From NCBI GenBank assembly GCA_021162615.1, contig JAGGYH010000100.1:6065-70064 (forward strand): 64,000 nt of DNA, read 5' to 3'. Source of the stretch: Candidatus Aminicenantes bacterium. Its GTDB lineage: Bacteria > Acidobacteriota > Aminicenantia > Aminicenantales > Aminicenantaceae. Made by a program: the position numbers and the translations under genes. Of this stretch, positions 9,440 to 19,400 are shown piece after piece (the first letter of the stretch is position 1; each line of letters begins with the position of its first letter). The notes below the pieces were generated by a model. It was not told the DNA's origin and did no database searches. It saw only the letters and a program-made list of their open reading frames with translations.

Positions 9440-11479
9440 GGAATTTAAATATTTTCCCAGCATCTTTTTATTCTCAAGTGACATTTTAGTGAACTCAATT
9501 CCTGCATAATAGTAAGAGAGGTGTCCGTTTCCTTTATGTGAATAGACCACATGTCCTCTGCATTCAAAGGCCTTGTTTGTCAGAACAACAATAAGATCTA
9601 GAGTTTTGTCAGGGGGGATCAGAATGTTGCTGGAGACTTTAGCCCCTCCCCGGCTTATATTTATTGTTTTTGTGGCTTCATGGCCTTTTTTGTCTTTATA
9701 GATCAGAGGGATGGAAGAATAGTATCTTGGATATCTCCTTTTTTCTTCAGGGAATTTAGCATCTGGTTTGATAAGAAAAGAGCTTTTTTCCGGCTTTGAG
9801 ATGCGCCTGTGATATACGGAGATCTTATTTTTTTCAAAGGCCTTTTCTTCTTTTTTACTTAGGAAAGAAGTCCTTTTTCCTTTGGCTTCAGACAAAGCAA
9901 TGTCAGCCTCGTTAACGAGGTGTTTCAAATTTTCTGTGTTTATGGATCGGGGGGATTTGAATTTATCTTTTGAAAAATTAGTGATCCCAAAGCTCATAGT
10001 GAGATTGTTCCTGGGCTGTATTTCCTGGTTATCAAAGTAGGTCTCTTCTACGTTTTTCCTTATCCTATCCGTAAACATGAGGGCTTCCTCTTCGTTTTCT
10101 ATGCCGGATAAAAAGAATAAAAACTCTTCTCCTCCGTAACGGCAGAGAAAATCTTCCTCACGTATGGACACCTTGAGGATTCCTCCCAGCTTTCTCAATA
10201 AGCGGTTTCCTGACTCATGGCCTAACCTGTCATTATAATTTTTGAACCAGTCGACATCTCCCATTACAAGAGCGTAGCTTCCTTCTTCCCGGTGCCTTTT
10301 ATTTTCCTGTATGATTTTCTGGATGACCTTTTCAAAGAAAGGCTCGGGTCTCAAAAGTCCAGTCAAAGGGTCGTATTGGATCAAGTTAAGTTTTGTTATG
10401 GCTATGGATATGTGTTCGGATAGATGGATAAGTGTATCCTGGTCGATCTGATCAAAACCCTGTGGAGCGAACTGCTGGTCCTTTTTCTTGTTATAGACTT
10501 CAAGCACTCCAATGAGTTCGTTTTTGTATATGATGGGGATACAGATTATGCTGTATAGAGGGGAATTCAACTGTTGTTGGTAACGGGAGCTGACTCCGGC
10601 ATCTTTTTTTATCCCAGCAGATCTTATTATTTTTGTGAGCCGGGCTGATTGAGCAGCAAAGTCATCATCGTTTAAGCGAACGATATGCTTTGTGAAATCG
10701 ACATGGGAGAGGATGGAATCATCCCATACCAGAGGTTTTAAATATTTGTCGCTGGAACGGGTCTCTTCAAGAATGTAGATGGTCGTCCCGCTGGCGTTTA
10801 TGAGTTCTTTGATGTCAGAGATGGTATCAATCAGGCTGGTTACATCATTGGCCATGTAAAGTTTTTTCAGAAGCGTTTCTATCTTAAGCCTTTCTTTTCT
10901 AAAATGGTCATATTTAGCTTGAAAGGCAATGCGTTTTTCGATTTCCTTGACTATGGATGATTTGATAAACTTTTTTATTTTGTTTATCTCATAAAAGGCT
11001 TTCTTGTAATCTATTTCTTTTTTGTCAGCGGATTTTTTGAGGGCCTGGACTTCAAGAAGAAGATGCGAGTGTTTTATGGCTGTTTCAAGAGAACGCCTGA
11101 AGGAACTTTTGCTGCTTTCTGATTGAGAGAACACAAAGGTAGTGGCAAACCGATTTTGAGGCCATCCTCTGGCTGTATTTATTGTTTCTTTCTCTGAATA
11201 TCCTGTTATGATAATGCTGGTCGTGTTCTTGAAAATTCCCTGGAGGAGGGAATAGCTGGCGAGAGAGAAATCAGCTATCAGGACATTGAAATCCAGGGAT
11301 TTTGCAAGAGAAGCTGCTTTGTCAATGCTGGGAGCATAGTGCACTCGGGCTGTATCAGGACACAGGCCGTCAAGAAAAAAAGCTTCATTGCTGTTGTTGT
11401 TGAGAATAAGGATGTCTTTTGGAAAGCTGCGGACTCGGTAGTTATTTATAGAATTTTTTTGGCTGTTGCTTTTATCCAA
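9431..11479 (-). CDS. diguanylate cyclase with REC-like N-terminus, GAF-like middle, GGDEF domain and C-terminal PilZ domain
   Basis: RYGGEEFLFF (GGEEF active site). C-terminal RRYPRYY...INISRGGAKV matches the PilZ RxxxR / D-x-S-x-x-G pattern. Confidence 0.85.
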   Translation of the reverse strand: MDKSNSQKNSINNYRVRSFPKDILILNNNSNEAFFLDGLCPDTARVHYAPSIDKAASLAKSLDFNVLIADFSLASYSLLQGIFKNTTSIIITGYSEKETINTARGWPQNRFATTFVFSQSESSKSSFRRSLETAIKHSHLLLEVQALKKSADKKEIDYKKAFYEINKIKKFIKSSIVKEIEKRIAFQAKYDHFRKERLKIETLLKKLYMANDVTSLIDTISDIKELINASGTTIYILEETRSSDKYLKPLVWDDSILSHVDFTKHIVRLNDDDFAAQSARLTKIIRSAGIKKDAGVSSRYQQQLNSPLYSIICIPIIYKNELIGVLEVYNKKKDQQFAPQGFDQIDQDTLIHLSEHISIAITKLNLIQYDPLTGLLRPEPFFEKVIQKIIQENKRHREEGSYALVMGDVDWFKNYNDRLGHESGNRLLRKLGGILKVSIREEDFLCRYGGEEFLFFLSGIENEEEALMFTDRIRKNVEETYFDNQEIQPRNNLTMSFGITNFSKDKFKSPRSINTENLKHLVNEADIALSEAKGKRTSFLSKKEEKAFEKNKISVYHRRISKPEKSSFLIKPDAKFPEEKRRYPRYYSSIPLIYKDKKGHEATKTINISRGGAKVSSNILIPPDKTLDLIVVLTNKAFECRGHVVYSHKGNGHLSYYYAGIEFTKMSLENKKMLGKYLNSLS

Positions 11480-11512
11480 TATGAATCAACCTTAGCAGTT
11501 AGCAGTATATAT

Positions 11513-11773
11513 TTAACCTGACCTATTCATAAAAAAATGGCGATGAGCAATTTTTTGTTTTGCTTTCAAGGATATGCATACTTTTTAAAAAAATGACAAC
11601 TGAAATATCTTTGCCTGTTTTCACTTTCATTTTAATCGCCATTTTTTTACCTTTCAGGCAAGCCGATCTCACTGCATCTGCTTCGTTACAGGGTACTCGT
11701 GGTGAAGTACCACAGCTTCGCACCCTGTGCCTCGCATCTGCAGCAACCTCGACTTGTGAATAATCCAGGTTAA
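11513..11773 (+). mobile_element. Family-1 element, full copy B (core 11655-11753)
   Basis: TTAACCTGACCTATTCATAAAAAAATGGCGAT ... CGACTTGTGAATAATCCAGGTTAA, flanked by TTAA on both sides. Confidence 0.85.
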
Positions 11774-11895
11774 TTATTATCTGACACAAACAATCAGACA
11801 AATATCCTCTTTATAGCCCTTTAAATTTATAGTAATTTTTTGCTTCTTAGTCAACCTTTTTATTAAAAAACAGGGAAGTGAGTCAATCTTTAGGT

Positions 11896-11924
11896 TTGAA
11901 AAACGGAATGGATTGATTTATATT
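11896..11924 (+). promoter_or_regulatory. candidate promoter of tRNA-Arg (TTGAAA-17-TATATT)
   Basis: TTGAAA 11896-11901, 17-nt spacer, TATATT 11919-11924, 18 nt before the tRNA 5' end. Confidence 0.5.
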
Positions 11925-11942
11925 TATCATATCTGAATTTAT

Positions 11943-12015
11943 GCGCCTGTAGCTCAGTGGATAGAGTGTCGGTCTCCGGAACCGAAGGTCGCGGGTTCGA
12001 ATCCCGCCTGGCGCA
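11943..12015 (+). tRNA. tRNA-Arg (anticodon CCG)
   Basis: Cloverleaf with acceptor GCGCCTG/CTGGCGC (one U-U mismatch). Anticodon stem TCGGT/ACCGA with loop CTCCGGA. T-arm GCGGG-TTCGAAT-CCCGC. No encoded CCA. Confidence 0.9.
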
Positions 12016-12064
12016 TTTTTTATTTGTCCCTGCTGCCTCTGGAAAATCAGTGAGTTATGAGTGA

Positions 12065-12841
12065 TTATTTGATTTGAGAGGGCAGAAAGAGCATTATTTG
12101 AGGCTGGCCGTTGTATTCCTCTAAGAGACCGGATATGAAGATTTTTTCTCCTATCAAAGAATTTATATCAGGGAAGAAATGAAGGTATTTTTTATACAAG
12201 GGGACTCCAAAGTTATCATTTTTTGAAACAAGAAGAATCAGGTTTTCTTTATCTTCGATTTTTTCGCATGTAAATCCATAGGAGACCAGAGTCCCCATGT
12301 GAGCTGGAACCTCCTGTTCAGTGATTAAGTGAAAAGGCTCTTTTTTCCACATACCGTTTCCTTTGGTTTTGGCGTATTTCTCTGCTTTTACAAATCTTTC
12401 CCTGTATTCTTGCCTGTATTTGAATCGGGTGTAAGCAGCGGCAAATCCTCTTTGAATGATAAATTCATTAAAGAGAGTTCCGTCTTCAGTCCAGATATAG
12501 GCAAGAAGCCTCCCATATTTGTCGCGTTTTTCCCAATCATATTCTATCCTTACCGGTTTCTTGTATAAGGACCTAAAGGCAAATCTTTTTGAATAAAATG
12601 AGTTCAGCCTTGTTTTTTCGTCCTCAGAGTTTGTTTCCGGAGCATCAATTCCGATCAATCGAATTTTTTCTTCTTGCCCATTCGCAAGACGGACTTTGAT
12701 GGTGTCTCCGTCATAGACCGCCGTGACCGTGCCGGAGTCTGTCTGAGCGGAACACTGAAGCAGAAGAGCTGTGCAAAAAAAGAAAAAGGCAAGAAATTTT
12801 TTTGATGTTTCGTAAAAGCGTTGTTTACTGTAGTTTTTCAA
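12065..12841 (-). CDS. secreted thermonuclease (SNase)-like nuclease with a C-terminal extra domain
   Basis: Signal-like N-terminus. VYDGDTIKV...IRLIGIDAPE...RDKYGRLLAYIW motifs typical of staphylococcal nuclease homologues. Confidence 0.8.
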   Translation of the reverse strand: MKNYSKQRFYETSKKFLAFFFFCTALLLQCSAQTDSGTVTAVYDGDTIKVRLANGQEEKIRLIGIDAPETNSEDEKTRLNSFYSKRFAFRSLYKKPVRIEYDWEKRDKYGRLLAYIWTEDGTLFNEFIIQRGFAAAYTRFKYRQEYRERFVKAEKYAKTKGNGMWKKEPFHLITEQEVPAHMGTLVSYGFTCEKIEDKENLILLVSKNDNFGVPLYKKYLHFFPDINSLIGEKIFISGLLEEYNGQPQIMLFLPSQIK

Positions 12842-14648
12842 CGGCTTCTATGATGTGTTTGGCTGATATCCCGTATTTATCAAGAAGCTCATCAGGTTTT
12901 CCTGAACGGGGAAGGGATCCAACAGCCAGATGGATAACTTTTGCCTTTCCCGCCAGGGCTTGAGCTACAGCACATCCCAAGCCTCCGTTGGGATAATGGT
13001 CTTCCACTGCAACGACCTTACCCCCTGTCTCTTCCGCATTTTTTATCAGGCCGGCTCTGTCTACGGGTTTTATGGAATAGGCATCCATGATACGAACAGG
13101 AATTCCTTTTTTCTTTAATACTTCATAGGCCTTGAGAGCTTCGAAAACAGTGATTCCGGCTGCTACGAGAAGGGCTTTGTCTTGGCTGCTCTTTTTTAGG
13201 ACCTTTGACCCTCCCACTGGAAATTTATCTCCCTTTTTATAGAGCACCGGAGTAGCAGGCCGGGTTGTCCTTATATAGGCCATGCCGTGATGCCGAGCCA
13301 TGGTTTCAACGCAGGCTTCGGCAGATGGGGCGTCGCAGGGATAAAACACCACACATCCTGGTATGGGAGTGAAGATAGCCATATCTTCCAATCCCATTTG
13401 GGAAGGGCCGTCCGCTCCAATGCTGACTCCAGCATGGGATCCAGCCACTTTGATGTTGGACATAGAGTAAGCTGCCATCCGGATCTGGTCATGCGCTCTT
13501 CCGAGAAAAGCTGAGAATGTAGCCATGAACGGGATATAGCCTTTGACAGCCATTCCTATGCCCATCCCTATCATATTCTGTTCAGCAATATAGGATTGAA
13601 AGGACCTTTCAGGAAAGGCTTCAAAGAAGTCTTCCGCATATGTTGAGTTCTTCACATCACCGTCTATGCATACAACAGCTTCGTTGACCTTTCCCAGGTT
13701 CATAAGCGCGTTTCCGTAACCTCTGCGGGTGGCTGTGTCCTTTTTATAGTCCAGCTTTTCGAAGTCATATCTTTTTTTTAATTCAGGAGCCGCAGCTTTC
13801 TCCGGTTTTTTAACATACTTTTTTGCGTCTATTTCAGGCATAGGTCCGATTTCCTTAAGAGCCTTATGGATATCATCGCCTTTTAAGGGTTTGCCGTGCC
13901 ATCCGTTTTTATTTTCCAGGAAGGACACTCCTTTTCCTTTAATGGTCCTTGCCAGAATGACCACGGGTTTTTCAGCTGTTTTGGCTTTATGAAGGGCCTG
14001 AAGAATTTGTTCTATATTATGGCCGTCTATCTCTATGCATTCCCAGCCAAAAGCTCTGAATTTTCTGGTATAGGCATTGATATCATGACCGTGCATGGTC
14101 GGTCCTGACTGGGACAGCCGGTTGATATCAACAATGGCACAGAGGTTATCCAATCCAAGGTCAGCCGCGCTGTTAGATGCTTCCCAGGTCGAACCTTCCG
14201 CGCACTCACCATCTCCCATAACTACATACACTCTTCGGTCTGATCCAGCCAGTTTGATAGCAGCGGCTATCCCGACACCTATGGAAAGGCCCTGCCCAAG
14301 AGAACCTGTTGCTGATTTAACCCAGTTCATCCTGGGAGTGGGATGTCCTTCTAAAGGGCTTGAGATTTTTCTCAGATCCATGAGGCTTTCCAGAGGGATG
14401 ATGCCGGCTTCAGCATAACAGGCCCACAGAAGGGGAGCCGCGTGTCCTTTGGAGAGGACGAATTCATCATTTGACCAGTCGAAAGGGTCGTGTATGTTGT
14501 ATCTCATCTCATCAAAAAATAAACAAGCTGCGATCTCAGCCATTGAAAGGCAGGTCGTGGGGTGACCTGAGCCTGCTTCAGAAGTCATTTTTATGGAATG
14601 AATGCGAAGTCTTTGTGCGACTTTTTTTAATGCTTCTCTTTTGTCCAT
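12825..14648 (-). CDS. tkt: transketolase
   Basis: 607 aa with TPP-binding GHPTTCLSMAEI, GDGECAEGSTWEA and a full pyrimidine-binding plus C-terminal domain. Confidence 0.9.
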   Translation of the reverse strand: MDKREALKKVAQRLRIHSIKMTSEAGSGHPTTCLSMAEIAACLFFDEMRYNIHDPFDWSNDEFVLSKGHAAPLLWACYAEAGIIPLESLMDLRKISSPLEGHPTPRMNWVKSATGSLGQGLSIGVGIAAAIKLAGSDRRVYVVMGDGECAEGSTWEASNSAADLGLDNLCAIVDINRLSQSGPTMHGHDINAYTRKFRAFGWECIEIDGHNIEQILQALHKAKTAEKPVVILARTIKGKGVSFLENKNGWHGKPLKGDDIHKALKEIGPMPEIDAKKYVKKPEKAAAPELKKRYDFEKLDYKKDTATRRGYGNALMNLGKVNEAVVCIDGDVKNSTYAEDFFEAFPERSFQSYIAEQNMIGMGIGMAVKGYIPFMATFSAFLGRAHDQIRMAAYSMSNIKVAGSHAGVSIGADGPSQMGLEDMAIFTPIPGCVVFYPCDAPSAEACVETMARHHGMAYIRTTRPATPVLYKKGDKFPVGGSKVLKKSSQDKALLVAAGITVFEALKAYEVLKKKGIPVRIMDAYSIKPVDRAGLIKNAEETGGKVVAVEDHYPNGGLGCAVAQALAGKAKVIHLAVGSLPRSGKPDELLDKYGISAKHIIEAVEKLQ

Positions 14649-14664
14649 TAATAAAACTCCCTTT

Positions 14665-14691
14665 TTAATCTGTATTATTCATAAATAACGG
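14665..14691 (+). repeat. solo Family-1 left terminus
   Basis: TTAATCTGTATTATTCATAAATAACGG resembles TTAACCTGACCTATTCATAAAAAAATGG. Confidence 0.5.
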
Positions 14692-14778
14692 CTATGGTTT
14701 CATAAAATACATGAAAAAGAACAAATCATTATAATATCTTACGAATGGCTTCACAATATTTTTTTTGCTAAATCATCC

Positions 14779-15010
14779 GGGGACGTCCCATTAGGTACCA
14801 CTCTATAAAATCCCGCTTGTTTGCACGGCTTACTACCAGAATGAGATCTTCACTTGTCCTGCATCGTTGGTACATACTCATAGAGGAACTTTCTTCTTCA
14901 GGATGGCGGTAGTGTATTAAATAGAAATAGTTCAGAGGGGGACAATCTGGAATATTTTTTAATATCCAGCGGATTCAGTAATATAGGGTGGTACCTTATG
15001 GAGCGTCCCC
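14779..15010 (+). mobile_element. Family-2 palindromic element, copy 1 (~28-bp terminal inverted repeats around GGTACC)
   Basis: GGGGACGTCCCATTAGGTACCACTCTATA ... TATAGGGTGGTACCTTATGGAGCGTCCCC. About 80 percent identical by eye over its full length to 32019-32246. Confidence 0.75.
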
Positions 15011-15064
15011 CATAAGAAGAAAGGTTTACTGTTTCCCGGTTTTTTGATATATTCGTTTCAAATA

Positions 15065-16462
15065 ATGGTCCGCGTAAGATTTGCTCCCAGTCCCACAGGA
15101 CACCTGCACATCGGAGCAGCCCGCACAGCGCTCTATAACTGGCTGTATGCCCGTCATTACGAAGGGAGATTTATTCTCCGGGTTGAAGACACGGATATTT
15201 CACGGTCATCTCAAGAAATGAGTGAGGGAATCATTAAGGGGCTCAGCTGGCTGGGTTTGGATTGGGACGAAGGTCCTGTGTTCCAATCAAAAAGACTTAA
15301 ATTCTATCAGAAAAAAGCAGAGGAGCTTGTGAAAAGAGGTGCTGCCTATTACTGCTACTGCACTCCTGAAAACAGAAAGGCTTCAGGGCAATGGCAGACC
15401 AGATGTGCGTGTTCCAGCCTTTCTAAAGAAAAGATAAGACATTACGAACAGCAAGGGCTTAAAAAAGCTGTGCGGTTTAAGGTCCCCGGGGGAGAGGTCA
15501 GATACAAGGACATGATACACGGAACCATCACAACACGATCAGATAATATTGAAGATTTTGTGCTTCTCAGGCGGGACGGGCTTCCCACTTATCATCTCTC
15601 TGTAGTGAGTGATGACATCGACCAAAAGATCACTCACGTTATAAGGGGGGACGACCATATATCAAATACTCCCAAACAGATCCTTGTTTACAAAGCACTG
15701 GGAGCTGATATACCGAGGTTTGCCCATATGTCTCTCATACTGGGGAAAGACAGAAAGAAGCTGAGCAAAAGGCACGGCGAGACATCTGTTCTGGAATTCC
15801 GTGATAAAGGATTTCTTCCTTTGGCTGTCGTGAACTTTCTTGCCCAGATGAGCTGGTCTCCCGGAAAAGAAAGAATCTATTCCATGGAGGAGATGAAAGA
15901 GAAATTCTATTTGGACCGAAGAAGCAGCGGGAATCCTATTTTTGACCTTGATAAGCTGGAATGGCTGAACGGTCAGCTTATCTCTCAAATGGATGAAGAG
16001 GAATTGCTTCCTTATGTGAGGGAAGAGCTGAAAAATTCGGGTCTATGGGTTGATGAATTTGAAAACAAGCAAAGAAAATGGTTTTCACGGCTGGTGGGCC
16101 TTTTAAAGCAAAGAAACAGGCGTATAACGGATTTTACGCCCAGAGCCAGGCCTTTTCTGTCAGATGACTATCCTATGGAGGAAGAGGCTGTTTCAAAATA
16201 CCTGAAGGATGAACGCCTTAAGCTGCTTTTGCCAAAACTCATTCAGGATTTTTCAGAATGCGGTGATTTTACAGCGGAAAAAGTCGAAACAATCATACGA
16301 AAAAGAGCTGAAAAGGAAGGAGTGAAGGCAGCCCTTTTTATCCATGCGTTGAGAGTCATTGTATTGGGAATGAAGGTCAGTCCCGGAATATTTGAGGTTT
16401 TAGAGCTTATAGGCAGGAGAAAAACCATCAAACGTGTGCAAGCGTACTTTGAGATGCAATAG
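15065..16462 (+). CDS. gltX: glutamate--tRNA ligase
   Basis: MVRVRFAPSPTGHLHIG (HIGH), KLSKR (KMSKS-type). ATG 15065 is preferred over the TTG at 15044. Confidence 0.95.
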   Translation: MVRVRFAPSPTGHLHIGAARTALYNWLYARHYEGRFILRVEDTDISRSSQEMSEGIIKGLSWLGLDWDEGPVFQSKRLKFYQKKAEELVKRGAAYYCYCTPENRKASGQWQTRCACSSLSKEKIRHYEQQGLKKAVRFKVPGGEVRYKDMIHGTITTRSDNIEDFVLLRRDGLPTYHLSVVSDDIDQKITHVIRGDDHISNTPKQILVYKALGADIPRFAHMSLILGKDRKKLSKRHGETSVLEFRDKGFLPLAVVNFLAQMSWSPGKERIYSMEEMKEKFYLDRRSSGNPIFDLDKLEWLNGQLISQMDEEELLPYVREELKNSGLWVDEFENKQRKWFSRLVGLLKQRNRRITDFTPRARPFLSDDYPMEEEAVSKYLKDERLKLLLPKLIQDFSECGDFTAEKVETIIRKRAEKEGVKAALFIHALRVIVLGMKVSPGIFEVLELIGRRKTIKRVQAYFEMQ

Positions 16463-16469
16463 ACATTAA

Positions 16470-19400
16470 ATGATAAAGAGGTGTTTTATGAATTCTTTGA
16501 ATTTAAAAAAGATTTTTACTGTGGCTTTTTGTTTGTCTCTTGTATATGCGCTCCCTTTCTTTTTACAGGGAAACCAGGTGGCTGCTAAAGATGTGAAACG
16601 TATTGACCAGAGTGCATATCAGGCAATGAGATGGCGGTGTATAGGCCCTTATAGAGGAGGAAGAGTGACGGCGGTAACCGGGATCCCTTCCATGCCGTAT
16701 ACCTATTATTTTGGCTCATGCGGAGGAGGAGTCTGGAAGACCGAAGACGGAGGGATGAACTGGAGGCCTGTATCCGACGGATATTTTAAAACCGGTTCTG
16801 TTGGAGCTGTTGCTGTTTCTGAATGGGATCCAAATGTGGTTTATGTGGGAATGGGTGAAGCTCCTATCAGGGGGAATGTATCCCATGGCGATGGCATGTA
16901 TAAGTCTTTGGATGGAGGCAAGACATGGAAGCACATAGGACTCGGGGATACCCGCCAGATATCCAGGGTCAGAATCCATCCCAGAAATCCAGACTTGGTT
17001 TATGTGGCGGCTTTAGGCCATGTGTATGGCCCCAACATGCAGAGAGGCGTTTTCAGGTCAAAGGATGGGGGCCAGACATGGGAGAAAGTCCTTTATGTCA
17101 GCGAAAAAGCCGGAGCCATAGACCTTATTCTGGATCCTTTTAATCCAAGGGTGATTTATGCGGCTTTCTGGTCAGCGCACCGGACTCCTTACAGCTTAGT
17201 GAGCGGGGGCCCTGGAAGCGGGCTTTACAAATCCACTGACAGCGGCGATACATGGAAGGAACTGACACACAATACCGGGATGCCGAAAGGAGTCCTGGGC
17301 AAGATCGGGGTGGCTGTATCCGGCGCCAGGCAGGATAGGGTCTGGGCGATTGTGGAGGCAGAAAAGGGGGGCGTTTTCCTTTCTGATAACGGCGGAGAGA
17401 CATGGATGAAAGTCAACAGTGATAGAAATCTCCGTCAGAGGGCCTGGTATTATTCCCGGATTTATGCAGATCCCCAGAATCCTAACGAGGTGTATGTCCT
17501 TAATACCGGTTTGTACCGCTCTCTGGACGGAGGCCGAACTTTTTCTTATATAAGAACGCCTCATGGCGACAATCATGACCTCTGGATCGACCCGAATAAT
17601 CCGGACAGAATGATAAACAGCAATGACGGCGGGGCTAATGTGACCTATAACGGAGGAATTTCATGGACACCCCAGGACAACCAGCCCACTGCGCAGTTCT
17701 ATCATGTCGCCGCAGATGACCAGTTCCCCTATTGGGTCTACGGAGCCCAGCAGGATAATTCAACAGTGCGTATTGCCTCCAGAACTACGGAATCCGGGAT
17801 AGGTCCTAAGTACTGGCATTCGGTAGGAGGCGGGGAAAGCGGCCATGTAGTTCCAAAACAAGATAACCCTGATATTGTGTATGCAGGCAGCTACGGAGGA
17901 TTGATAACACGCTGGGATTATAAAACACGTGAGACGAGGGCTATTAATCCCTGGCCTGAAAATCCTATGGGATGGGGGGCTAAAGACCTGAAGTACAGAT
18001 TCCAGTGGACAGCGCCTATCCTTGTTTCAAGATTTAATTCGAATGTCCTCTACCATGCGGCTCAAGTGTTGTTCAAATCCACTGATGAAGGCCACAGCTG
18101 GAAGGTCATAAGTCCTGACCTCACAACAAATGATAAGTCCAAGCAAAATAAGTCCGGGGGGCCTATCACCAAAGATGACACAAGCGTTGAATACTACTGC
18201 ACTATTTTTGCTCTTGCGGAATCCGTATATGACCCGGATATTTTATGGGCGGGATCTGATGATGGACTGGTGCATATCACCAGAGACGGCGGCAAATCCT
18301 GGAAAGACATCACTCCCAAAAACATGCCCGAATGGAGCATGATCAGCATGATAGAAACATCCACCTTTAAAGCCGGAAGAGCTTTTATCGCCGTGGATAG
18401 GCACAAGCTGGATGATTTTTCTCCTTATATTTATAAAACAGAGGATTTTGGGAGGACATGGGAGAAAATTACGAATGGAATCCCTGACAACACATTTGTC
18501 CGTGTTGTAAGAGAAGATCCCGAGAGAAAAGGACTGCTTTATGCAGGGACAGAAACAGGTGTTTTTATCTCCTTTGATGACGGTAAAAACTGGCAGTCTC
18601 TGCAGTTGAACCTGCCGGTGGTTCCCATACGCGATATGGTAGTTAAAGAGGATGATTTGATAGCTGCGACACATGGAAGGGCGTTTTGGATTCTTGATGA
18701 CCTGACCCCTCTGCATCAACTGACAGATGACGTACTGGAAGCTGATTTTTTTCTTTTTACCCCAAGGAGTTCTTACAGAATGGGAGGGTATGGATACCCG
18801 AGTTCAGATATGGGAGAGAACCCTCCTGCCGGAAGTGTGATCTATTATTATTTCAAGGAGAAGCCAGAAGAAGAGGTTACACTGAAATTTCTGGACAGCC
18901 AGGGGAATCTCATAAAGGAGTTTAAATCCGGGGAAAGGGAACAAGACACATCCGGATCTTTTTCACGCTGGGGGTATTCCGGCTCCCAGACGATCTCTAT
19001 AGAGAAAGGGATGAACCGGTTTGTGTGGGATATGCGTTACCCCGGAGCCGAAAGGGTCCCCGGCGCTGTTTACTGGGGAGCTTCACTGAGAGGTCCGGTG
19101 GCTGTTCCGGGTGACTATTCGGTCAGGCTTAAAGTGGGGGAGGACCAGATGATCAAGAGCTGGAAATGGAAAAAAGATCCAAGAATCGAGGCCACGCAGC
19201 GGGATCTTCAGGAACAGTTTGGTTTTCTGATAGAGATCAGGAATAAGAGCAGTAAAGTAAACAGAGGGATAAAAACACTGAGAGGCGTGAAGCAGCAGAT
19301 CCAGGACTTTTTTGAAAGATACAAGGACTACGATAACATTAGGGATATCATCGAGGCAGGTAAGGATATCATTAAAAAGCTGGATGCTGTTGAAAATGAG

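Noticed and set aside
11523-11801. 92-aa and 67-aa ORFs in the track that recur at 11523-11801/11560-11763, 37879-38124/38013-38216 and 42639-42917/42677-42880, plus 2183-2392 and 50419-50680.
   Set aside because: They lie entirely within the repeat elements and run out into non-homologous flanks. The long frame is broken by a stop in copy C, and both strands are open. This is repeat DNA rather than a gene family.
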